A stretch of 64,000 nucleotides of DNA from positions 678,217 through 742,216 of the forward strand of contig NMRA01000139.1 of assembly GCA_002633005.1 (NCBI GenBank), read 5' to 3'. How positions within the stretch are numbered: position 1 is the stretch's first letter; the number at the start of each line of letters is the position of its first letter. The position numbers and the translations under genes are program-made. Positions 1-25,200 of this stretch are shown here, piece by piece. Source of the stretch: Phoronis australis. Its lineage: Eukaryota > Animalia > Phoronida. The notes beneath the pieces are model-generated. The model was given only the letters and a program-made list of their open reading frames with translations, had not been told where the DNA came from and searched no databases.

Positions 1-13720
<13,720 letters not shown>

Positions 13721-14877
13721 TGTTAGGAAGAATCCTGTAATCGCTTGCTTCTCGTGTCGCCGCTCTTCCTGCTTTCTACATTAACATTTAGCGGTGTATG
13801 ACTGGCGCTGCACGTGGGGGAGACGCCAGGTGAGAGAATTATTATATTTTATATACAACTGTGCAAGCACTGCGGGGTAAACAAATGCATGCTAATTGAG
13901 AACGTGTACACACCGAAACAAAACATAGATCCATTGTTGCACGCAAGCTGATGTTCAAACGTCAAACGGTGTTTTGACTCTTTGTGAAGTTACTGCTTTT
14001 GCCAGCGTGGGGTACATTAATGTGTTCACATGTAAATGCAGGTCTTGACAGTATTCAATTGGTAAAGTATAATGTATTGTTATTAATTTACAAACACATG
14101 CGTGGTATACCTGGTTTACGTTTGGTCATGAACACGATTTTGCTTTCTTTTCAAAACGGCTGTCAAACACTTAACACATCTATAAAAATGGTTCAAAAAA
14201 GGAAATCATTTCTAGATAGCATTTATAAATAGTAGTTTTAGACTTTTCTAATTTAGTTATTCTTAAGCTGAAAATAAAATTGACAAGCCACCATTCCCAC
14301 ATATTTTCTTATTACATTGGAATGAAAAGATATCGCAAGTTGAAAAGCCCATACGAGTGCATACAACATACGAATAAGTGCCTCCACTGCAGCTCTACAG
14401 TCCATTTAAAAAAATGATTTCGAGTCCAGGTGTCATGCAAATGTTGATTACTGTATTTTGCAATTTGATACAACCATTCCTTTGATGCTCAGTACGGTGC
14501 ACTCAATTAATTAAAGTCGCTTTGATATTTAATCGATAACAGCCAGCTGTGGTACTGCTGAAACAAACAAAATGTGTACATGCCTGTGGACACGGGCAAT
14601 ACGATTGCCAAGTTCCCCACTGGCTTTTTTCAAAATGTCTTCTGCGGAATTGTTACATGGTTGACGGAAAATATCGAATAGAATTGATAGTACCCACAAT
14701 GAAAACGTCTCGCGTCGCAAACCAGTTATAGGTTCAGCAAGACTGGCAATTTTAGTTATTTATTTAGAGGTTGCATCACCATTCAATGTTTCATGAAACC
14801 GGCGTTCACTTATCAAAATAATTAGCATGCGTTCTCTCTGGTAATGGAAAATTCGTCCCAGTTTAGTGCATACAAAC

Positions 14878-15150
14878 CTGGAACAATGATATTGAAGACT
14901 TTTCAATTTTCATGCGCTTTCTTGCATTGTTGTCCTTGGGCGCAAAAAAGCGTTGCAAGACTTCCACCCAGTCTGACCCTCTCTGTTTTGTCTCCCACGG
15001 TCCTTGAATAGGGCGCTGAGGAAGCACACGCGTCCGGAATTTTGAACGGTTGAACACCAATTGTATTCAGTTCCGTTAAATGTTATCCCAGGATTGAGTT
15101 CCGCAGACGAAAGAATTTGGCGAAGGAAGCTAACGTGATAACGCACTTCA
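14878..15150 (-). other. Candidate non-coding 5' UTR exon of gene A
   Basis: CCAG|GTTTGT donor at 14877 and possible tttAG acceptor near 15151. The signal exon has its own acceptor, so an upstream exon is expected. Splice signals only. Confidence 0.3.
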
Positions 15151-15494
15151 CCTAAATTCTGTGTCTATATCCCGCGAAGTCTTTAATGATCTAGGGTTTT
15201 GGCGTTGTTCTCGCGTCCACAGAACGCGCACCAGGACTGCTGACCACCAAATTTTACTAAAGATTCGAATCGAACATTTAAACTTTCTTGTCGCGTAAAA
15301 TGTGAAAATCATTAGAAGCATGCCACCGGATTGGTCAACAATAGAGTAGAACCTCAACTTAAACTTGATGGTCCGTTTGGACATCTCAGAAGGTGGTAGT
15401 AGTAATACACTTTATACCACAATATTAGCGTCAAATGGCAGATACAACCGTGTAATAACCCATAAAGTTATCTCACTAGTGAGATAACGATTTG

Positions 15495-15573
15495 GCGGGA
15501 AACCGACGACGGAGTCGTACCCGGGACCCTGGAATTGCTGGTCGCCGACTTTACCAGTACACCATGCAGCGAC
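15495..15573 (-). mobile_element. tRNA-derived SINE head (Pol III A and B boxes)
   Basis: Minus strand TGGTGTACTGG (A-box-like) and GGGTACGACTCC (B-box-like) at tRNA spacing. No intact cloverleaf. Confidence 0.5.
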
Positions 15574-16116
15574 TGACGTCATCAAGAGTGAAAATAGAAT
15601 ACTTAAATGAGCACGCGCAATAATCGCATGTTCAACAAACCGCATTGTACTGCACTTATACGCTACAAAAAATAAGACACGTAATTTCTATAAAAATGCT
15701 ATCTTAATTCAGTGAAACTTTTCTCTCATGTCCTCTTACTTGTAAATCACCGATCTCCAGTTTGAATGCGGGTATCGTGTCGTCAGGATCTTTTACTTGA
15801 GAATTATATTCAGTTACCAGTGGTAACCTACTTCAGCAGACGATAATTTCCCGGTTGAAGCTTAGCGTGAAAAAACGTGTTTTATGCTATAAAAATTGGT
15901 AAACCTTAATTTATGAATTCAATTTAAGTCTGTTATATTTCAGCTTTCAATTGGTTTTGAGTAAAAGCATTATTTGACAAAAATATCCCGGCTTTTCTTA
16001 AAAGGTCACGACCTCCGACCCTGGGCCTCTGACATAGAAAGTAGTTACAAAGCCGTGGAGAGTCAGAAAAGGTAAATCGATTCATTGCAATGTTTCTAAT
16101 TTAGTATGTGGTATAA

Positions 16117-16280
16117 ATAGATTATTACATGTTCTCAGCCGTTATCCCCCTTATCTAGAGCCCTCGTGGATTTTGGAGAATTATCATCCTCGGGACTAAC
16201 GCCCCTCAGGCGTTAATTCTCCAAAATCCACTCGGGCTCTAGATAACGGGGGATGACGACTTCGCCATGTAATAATCTAT
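16117..16280. mobile_element. Palindromic (foldback) MITE, about 164 nt
   Basis: ATAGATTATTACATG...CATGTAATAATCTAT ends, plus internal arms TTATCTAGAGCCC..GTGGATTTTGGAGAATTA / TAATTCTCCAAAATCCAC..GGGCTCTAGATAA. Confidence 0.85.
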
Positions 16281-16660
16281 ATTTATTCACGTTAAGACAA
16301 AAAATACAATTGATGCAGATTTACGCTGATGGAGACTTACGGTAACTTACGGTAACTACAATATTAGCTATTGTTGTTCTTTAACTATTTTTAGGAAATG
16401 TTGCCAGTTCAATGGACAATTACCGTTGTTTTCATCTTCGTTATCTTTTTTCAAGTAATAAATGGTTAAATTTAAAATTGGTTCTTTTATTAGAAAAAAC
16501 TTGTAACCTGACGCTCAAGTACATACAAGCATATAGGATGTTATCCGCCACGTGAACAGTCTATGTAAAGTGTTTAAAAATCTGCCGAAAACTTAAAAAG
16601 TCTTAGTATTTCGAAGCGTATGGGATAAATTCAAAACGCGCCTCGATTGGCGTATTGGTC

Positions 16661-16751
16661 AAGTAATATCCCACTCGACATTATTCCGCTCATGGAACTC
16701 GACCTTCGGCCTCGGTCGGTACGCTGAATAATGTCGAGTGGGATATTACTT
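16661..16751. mobile_element. Hairpin/MITE core with a perfect 26-bp inverted repeat around GACCTTCGGCCTCGGTC
   Basis: AAGTAATATCCCACTCGACATTATTC (16661-16686) is the exact reverse complement of 16726-16751. Confidence 0.8.
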
Positions 16752-18791
16752 CATCTAAACCACTCTCGGTACATGTATGTTTTGTGTATTGATATTTAAA
16801 GGCAGTGTTTTTTGTGGCAAAACCATATGAAGTATTGCAGCCACGTGCTATTTAACATAACGCAGTGAGGTATTAAATAAATGGACACCAGTCTTGAATA
16901 TATAGAAGCCACTTGACTTACAGTCGATGTGAAGATTGACTGTTCCATTAAGGTGAAACATCGAAGGTTTTACAAAATACGTGTATTACAGCCTATCGGG
17001 AGGCAGTTTCATCAGAATCCATGGAGATCTTCCAAGTAAATTTATACGTGCTGTCCTATTCCGTGGCTTATTTTTGACGACATTCCCTTGAAACCAGGCT
17101 GGATGACCAATCAAAGTCAAAATCGATAAGGGCCATTCACACCCTAGAGACAAATAATAAACGCGTTGCCTTCCCCTAACGACGTGGTCTAAGTGAACAG
17201 TAAGAACAACAGCTTACTGTAAAAGGTTTATTACAAATTCCAATAGCGGAAGACATAGTAACACAAGTGACCGTAACACTTCTTTCTCATCTGCAATATG
17301 ACGAAATGCCGGTAAACATGAAATTGAGAACATACGTTTGGGGACATCAAGTAATATAAGGGCTATGAGTTCCAGGTGACACCGAAAACATAGCCATGCA
17401 CGAGACTGACGGTACACCCCAAGTGATTTGAAAAAAAAACATGTGTTAGGTAATATAAAAGTATCGATAAAAAGTTCCATGCAAATAGCAAACAGTCATT
17501 GTAGCTAGAGTACGAAGATACCCTAAAATAGCTATTGTGCAGTTGGCGTGGTGGACTCATCAACATTATAAATGGACAGTATAGAGTAATTTTAACAAAC
17601 GATAAGTTAGATCTCGTACAAAGTTCGACATCAAGAAATACACGTATGAATATAATAATTTTACAAAGTAAACAAATCCTCTTTTCTCTGAAGCCTCCGA
17701 CCAGAATATCACATTTCATCTACTGATGTATGTGCAACAAGATAAATATGGTGAGGGTACAAATAAAAACAAATATTGGGCAATTACATATATTTCAATA
17801 TTGATCATGATTCATCTAAGTGTCAATCATACTGGTAATGACGGAAAGGAGCGTGCACCTCACATTTGCTTCCCAGTGGGGCAAAATGACTTCAAACTGC
17901 GCCTGTGGCCTGCACTACCAAGTTCCTCTGGAAGACATGCGTCAAAAATAAAACTTGCGCCAAATAAAATGTAGCATGTTTAGCTTGCGCCCACCATTGG
18001 TGCACATGTAGAGAAAATATGATATAACTTTGATGTAACTTCCCCTTTGGTATTGTTTTACAAAGTGTACCATAAAGAAGGCCGAATGAAATACAAAAAT
18101 TGCACGGAAGCTAAAAAAATAACATAATGCGCCTATAAAGTCTGCATGTCTAGCGACATTCGGTTAGCAATACAGCAATACTACCCACGAAGCTAAATAG
18201 TTTAGATTAAAAGGATAGTAAGCTGCAGCCTGGTAATTGCATGTAAATTTCCTACATTATTTGATATTGTGTAAAAAGAACTTCATCTGGGACGATGAAA
18301 GCAATGTTGTGTTAAAACGCTGTGTCACAAATGTGTTCGGTGGTTCAGAGTGCGTAACGCCTCCACACAGTCATCAAACTCACCCAAAGCCTTAGTCAGC
18401 AATGTGGATTCATCATATTTTGAAAAAAAATTTCACGGATTGGTGAATGCCTAGAAAGCATTGACTTGCTTTATAAATTAAAGCGATAAGTCTGCTAATA
18501 ACCAAATTACGACTGTATTATCCTTTTATCAAACCAGTGCATTGTCTTAAAATCGCATGTGCATGAACACGGAACCAATATCCGGTCCAAAAATCACTCG
18601 CAAACTGTCACGGGAGTCGAGCTAAACTTCAAGAGCACATTATCGTGGAAAAAAGGAGCTACTCTTAAATTCCCCGTCTCCAGGCTACCTAGCACGCGTG
18701 CATTGAGTGACCGCTGTAAGACGTTATCCAGACCAATTGCAGTATTGCAAAAGGGACCATTTCCTGGCAGAAACCCCAATCCGACAACAAC

Positions 18792-19250
18792 TCACATGAA
18801 TATAGTAGGCGCGGAGAACAAAATGGCGCTAGAGCTTACTATACACAGGATAGCGAAAATGACAAACAGGTAGCGGTCAACAACGGCAGCGGCAAACTTC
18901 CAGTCTTCAGTGATGGCATCGGCTTCGTCACTCTCTTTCATGTGCTCGGTAATGGTGCGAAGCTCACGCAAGATAGATCGCAACTCGTAATTTCCGGGGA
19001 TGGAATTGTGATTGTCCGAGTCATGTTTCATGCTTGTATAGTGGCCATTCATGTGGTTCGTCATCATCACCCCACTTTCATCGTCATCGTCCATGACGTT
19101 GGCAAGGAGGCTCTTGGGGTGCTTCTCAGACAGCTCTATGTCCGTTTCCTGTTCTCGCCCACTGCGAAGGATCCCTTTGTGTGAAAGGTCGTGGCCCGGC
19201 CTTTTCATGCAAATTAGCCAAGCTGCCCACTCACATATACCCCGCTTGAC
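18792..19250 (-). CDS. Gene B last exon: intracellular loop, MA helix and M4 (...KSLLANV...ILRELRTIT...[38 protein letters not shown])
   Basis: Lies within ORF 18792..19271. tctctcttcaAG acceptor. KSLLANV and WKFAAxVVDR are typical of invertebrate alpha7-group subunits. Confidence 0.95.
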   Translation of the reverse strand, partial: VKRGICEWAAWLICMKRPGHDLSHKGILRSGREQETDIELSEKHPKSLLANVMDDDDESGVMMTNHMNGHYTSMKHDSDNHNSIPGNYELRSILRELRTITEHMKESDEADAITEDWKFAAAVVDRYLFVIFAILCIVSSSAILFSAPTIFM

Positions 19251-22200
19251 CTTGAAGAGAGATCGATTCAACTAATGAACGAGGTAGATGACTTTATAAG
19301 GTGCACACTACGCAAGACTATTACACATCATTCCTTTGCATCCTACCATTGGCGGAGTTCAAATGTAATATGAAAGTTTTTACGTCTTAAGCAGAAGCCC
19401 GGCTTTTCTGTTAAGTGTTTGGGAAATATAGCAATCTGGTCTTCTTGAAAGTTAGTTGAACCTTCTCCAGACAAAGTGTGGTAGCGACCGCTTCACGGTA
19501 CAGTGACTAGGTTTTTACCACAACTTAAGCAGAGCATCCAGGTAAGTTCGCACATTCATACAACATTTGGACAACAAAATTTCGTCCACAAATAGGCTAA
19601 TCATTATCACTGAATGTAAAATTTCGACAGAAAATGACTTAACGGGGCTTAAACATTCTAAAAACCAGACTAAGTGTGGAAAAAAAATTCGAATGGAAAA
19701 CAAGTCGCAGTAAAAACCAACAACGGCGTCAATACTGCACATATAGAGGAGGCTCACTCACCCATCTCGGCATATCGTGGGTGGAAGACGAACGGTGGTG
19801 GTAGCTGAGTACCCAGACGGTAAAGATGACAGATGCGGCACACAGCATCATGACGATACCGAAGTATATGGCTGGAAATAATGTACCCAATGCTACATAC
19901 CTGGGATTAAGTGAAGATTATTTAAAACTTATCTAATTCTTTGCATACTCAATGTGGCTGTACAAGAGATTTTAAAGTCGATATCGTCGTCAAAACAGAC
20001 TCCCTCTAGTCTCACCCAGCACGTGCGTAGTAATGAACAGCTAATTGAACTGCGTTAAGAAATTACTGCTATGCTACAGTATCGACAGGTTCGCGCATGT
20101 GTTCATCAGCAATCTAAGTTGTTTCCGAATAAAAACTAGTAAGAGTGGTTGCTTCACTCGTAAGGCATAGCTATACCCGACGAAGACATCGACGATTTGA
20201 CGTTATGACGCCCATCTGGGAGAACTGCACGACCCACAAGTGACCTGTGTACGCTTTATCCACACAGACAACAACGTGGTACATTAGTAGAGCAACAAGA
20301 CATGTATTTTCCCAAGTGCGCTCAAGGTCTCGACAAAAATACGACATAGGCCAATTTTGGCAAGTGTATCGTCTCTTAGCTTGGAGAAGCATGTTATATT
20401 CGCTATTCACGTTTTTACACGAAATTTTCAAATCTTAGAACACACTTTAACCTTCAAACTTACCAAGAAGAGGAACGGCGTCTGAGGTAGATGGCAGCTG
20501 CTCCGCCACCATTAACAGGAACACAGTCAGCGACAGAAGAATAGTGACGGCTAAACAGTTTAGGATAATGAGACGTGGATTAACTTACACGAATAAAGAT
20601 ACATTTTATATAACACTAACCAATTGGTTCGTGGATATTATGCCCACAATATTCATTTATAAAAGAGTCTCAAATATACCTTTTATTAATACGCGTCTTC
20701 TTGAATAACAAAAGAAAATGCAATCATCTCAAGTTCGTAGAGCAAAAATATCAGAACTTAGTTGAAGATTGAGTCTGATAATGGATATTGGACTGGTGTT
20801 TCCGAAGTCAAATTTCAGGACCTGGGTACAGTGTATTTCCAAGCTTGAATTCCAATTTATATTTGACATCTTCAGTTATACGCTAGTACAAAATTGAGAC
20901 ACGTACTTTTCCAAGTTTGATGTCAAGTAACTCATTGTTTAAGTGGATGAGTGTGCTAATAAACATTGAGTTCCTCGGCATAGAAGCTACATGTTCGAAT
21001 CGGAATACAAGGAATTGAGAGTGAACACTGCCATTCATCTTAAATTTAGGGACTATAATATTCGAAATTAGACAAGAAACTTATATGCCTAAAACACAGC
21101 CATGGGCACGTCTCCTACGTCCGTAGTAAGGCAGAACAAATTATTAACAGTAATGTTAATCTCGAGTTAGCATGCAAAACCTCGGTGCCTGTTCTTGTCA
21201 CTTAGTTCTTTATTAATAATCAATATAAAGGCTGCGAACATTAAAACATTTGTGTATAACTAATTCTATCTAAACAGGTTAGTTCTATCACAGCTTAAAA
21301 ACTGGTTAGCTGCAGGAAGATTTGACATAGACTTGCAGTTGGGAGTGCATGCAGGTCGAGTAAACACCCAGTTGGTGAGAAGGAGGGGGAATTAATGATG
21401 TCTTCCCGAAAAGACCATGCACTTCCTGACAAAGTATTATCGAACTTGACAAAAGATCAACTTAGAGAAGGATGCCATATTGTTCATCGCCTTCAGTTCC
21501 TTCAGTCAAAGTGTTAGACATTATTAGACTTTTGCACCTATTCTAACGTCTCTGTGTATTTGTTAACGCAGGTAAGATTTACTCAACAATAGCCCGTATC
21601 TATTAATTAACCTGAACACGGCATGTCCGCGATTATGAGAGTGCATTCACTAACGTTGGTTTTTCACAACCAGCGAGTTCATGAGGACGGGATTGGCACG
21701 AAGTCGCCAAATTTGCATGACACTCTAGAACCTTATGGAACACGGTCCAAGGTAATTAAACGTAGAGCGCCGATCAAGTAGCGGGTTCAATGGTTAAAAA
21801 TACTACACATTCGCTAACATCAAGGTGGTTGGTGTTAGTAGTTTTATCGGAAGACATTTGCTTCCTTCAGGGGTTGGAGAAATTGCAAGACAACAGAAAA
21901 CGTCGCAATAGAGCAGTTACTGCGACTTTACGTTTTACCTACCCAACAATATCTTCTCGCCCGTGCATACGGGCATCAGAAAGAGTAGCATAACCATGGA
22001 GATTATTAATAAAGTGGGGGCGATTAAATTGATGATGAAATATAACATCCTTCGTCGTAAAATGATTTTGAACTTTATGTCAATGTAAGGTTGGGGACAA
22101 AACAAGTGTACAACTCGACATTTCTTTTGGCGGGAACTCCTAGAAAGAGAAAGGAGCGGTTCTCACACGGGTGCAAGGCAAGTTGTGATGTGGAATGTCA

Positions 22201-25200
22201 AATTTTGTTACCTAGTTGTTCAAAAAGGTCTTGTATATAGAGTCTTATAGCTCCTCATGTTCAATGCAGGTCATTTTGAACAGTTTTGTTTGGAATAAAA
22301 AAAAACAAAAAAAACAGTGCAGGTGGTCTGATGTCATTTGCGGTGCATCAGACGTGCGCAGGCCTCATGGTTGGGCCCATTGCACAAAAAACCTGAGCAA
22401 AGGCACGAGACCCCAATTATGGCTCCTCGTGAAGAAAGTTTTCAAGTCTGCCAGTCTCTTTTAGGAAAACGGACAGACGTTTCCATTTGTTTTGTTTGGA
22501 ATACTTTCGTAAGCTTTTAATGTAAATGGATGTGAAACGCGGACTTTTTTGATAACCAGGTAGCAAAATGCCTTTGCTGACAGCGACTGGTCTTACCAAG
22601 CCATCGTAGTCAGCGACGATGCTATCAACAAAGAAAATGAAACAAAAGCGGCCGCACACGGAAGGTCAAAACAGATAGCTGAAAGAAGTGAAAACACACG
22701 TGTTATTTCTAGGTGTTGCCGGAAATGTGCAAAATAAAATGATTACTAACGACATGGTGCCTGTTGTTAGTGTGATTCGATTTAGTTTCAGGTGCTCAAA
22801 GTGGTTAGCCGATAGATAAACGTGTCATATTGTGCAAGCGGATATATGCTATTATCCTGACACCATCAATTGACCTACCAAACGATATTTTCTCGCCTGC
22901 GTCTGGCGGGATCGTGAACGTGATGATTGTGAGTAGTGAGAGCAAAACTGCTGGTACGATCAGATTGACCAAAAAGTACAGGGTTCTTCGCAATAAAACA
23001 AACTTAAATTTCAAGTCGATGTACGGGGCATCCGGACAGCACTCGTAAAACTCTACATTTCGATACGCCGGCATCTCTAAAAGGAAACAAATTAGTACAA
23101 AGCAATGTAGTGGTTTTCGAACACAACAACGTGCAGGAGATGCAAAGTCATGCATCACAAGGTTAACGCAAGAACAGCTGCGGTATTACAACGCTAGAAA
23201 AACAACACAACCGTATCACCTACCAAATGATATTTTTTCGCCCGCGTCAGGGGGAATAGCAAAAGTTATCAGTGTCAGCAAGGACAACAGTAACGCCGGT
23301 ATGATGAGGTTTACCATGTAATATAATTTTCTCCGAAGTAAAACAAATTTGAATTTCAAGTCGATGTAGGGCGCATCGGGACAACATTCATAGAGTTCGA
23401 CGTAACGTCGCGCTGGCATGTCTAAAAGAAAAGTTAATGGAGATGATTACAATGTACGTGGGCACACACGTGATCACACGAACGTGTGTATGCGTATGTG
23501 AGTGCGTGTGTGCATGACGTCAGAAATTGTGTACACAAGGTGGGCACTGCAAACTGCTGCGTGAAGAATGTCTACCAAAGTGCCACATCGGTTGAGTGCG
23601 CACGCAGTGAAGAAACCTACCAAAAGAGATTTTCTCGCCAGCATCAGGCGGTATAGAAAAAGTAATCAGGGTCAACAATGACAGCAAAACTGCCGGGACA
23701 ATCAAGTTGACCAAATAATAGAGTTTTCGCCGCAGAAGAACGAATTTGTACTTCAGGTCGATGTATGGTGCGTCGGGACAACATTCGTAAAATTCCACGT
23801 TACGATGGACAGGCATTTCTAAAAGTAAATCATATTAAACGTTTTACGTAATTCCGTAGATGGAAATGTTGTAAGTTTATATTGGAATATTTTGTTTATG
23901 GGACCAATCAAGTAGGTCACTGCGGAATAAGATGGAGTCAAATTTCAGAGCCCCATGGACTAAGCGAAATATGTCTCTAAGAGAAACCGTGGTTGTTCAA
24001 CGACAATGACTCACAGAGAGGTCTAACTTATGGAATTCGTCATCTAAAGTAACTAGATGTCCAACATATTTGTTAACACTTCTCCTCAAACAATCTCTAC
24101 AAGACACAAGTTAGCGAAGAACTCACCCAGTAAGTCCCATTCGCCGTTGGGGGTGTAGGACGCGAGGTCGGCGCTATCCGACTTCAGTCGCAAATCAAGC
24201 TTGGTACCATCATACGTCCATGAACCAAACTTCATTATGCATTCTTGTTTATCAAAAGGAAACCACGTGATGTCGATTTTGCACGTGGATCTAAACATGC
24301 CGGGTGGGATGTAAGATGTTGATCCGTCGTTGTAGACAATGACGTTCGTTTGATAAGTGCTGTCAAAACTGTCGTCGGCACTGTAAGATAGAAAGATTTG
24401 CTGATTGAACGATTTCTTCAAGGTGACATGAGCCACCAACGCTAAATTTCTCGCTGGTGCCTCACCGTGGTCATTAAGACATAAGATTGGTGTCGTTTCA
24501 GGGAGCATGCNAGGGCACAGGAATAACCAGAATTTGGCCAAATGCGCGCGCCCAATCTAAAACGTAGGGATGTAGGGGTCTCTATTTTTTGGGTTGGTCG
24601 ACCTTATTACTAAAAACACGGTAAACGGGGTTTGTTCAGTCAAGACCTATGCATTGTACATTCGCCACCCAAGCTCCTTGGGTGCGCGCATATGCTAGTC
24701 AGCAATTCGCACCCCGAACTGCCAAATGGCATCTGGGAGAATTTTAGATGGGGGCCATGACCCCCTTAGACCCCCCTAAATCCGCCACTGGCATGTTGAA
24801 AACAGAGCCACAAACAAAACATGAATTCCCTGCACGCTTAATGTTTCTACCTTCAATGGGTGTATACTTTGCATCTTATCTAATGTTCTCTTAATTGAGG
24901 TCGACAGTTCACACTAATAGAGCAAATAACGTTCTGCAACTATTACCACGTTACAAGTGCGGATCCATGATCATGGCCAGATGGGACCTAACATTACATG
25001 TAAGCTCCATTTCTAAGCCTATTCCTTCATTTCGGCTATACGGAAGAGGACAAGTGGGAGATCAGGATTTTCTGGACCACACTTAGCACCTGTGCTTCCC
25101 TTGATCAACACAGTTCATATTAAGATAGTGTGTAGCTCAGGCTCATACGGGATTACTCAAGAAAATGCGCATGTAACGTACGGCTAGCATTCGCTCGTGT

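Noticed and set aside
19872-21942. Searched for alternative M2 (exon 8) copies here, and alternative exon 3 copies in both genes, as in insect alpha6
   Set aside because: No second 87-nt M2-like or 45-nt DEKNQ-like exon was found by eye. Hydrophobic ORF 20171..20431 lacks M2 motifs.
22417-22659. ORF with [10 protein letters not shown] resembling an nAChR exon 2 (Y...RPV)
   Set aside because: No flanking similarity, no 140-nt exon boundaries, and a donor site interrupts the motif. Better explained as the micro-exon candidate or chance.
21943-23818. Exon 7 copies as an assembly or haplotype duplication artefact
   Set aside because: The copies differ at many synonymous sites and have unalignable flanking introns, unlike collapsed or duplicated reads.
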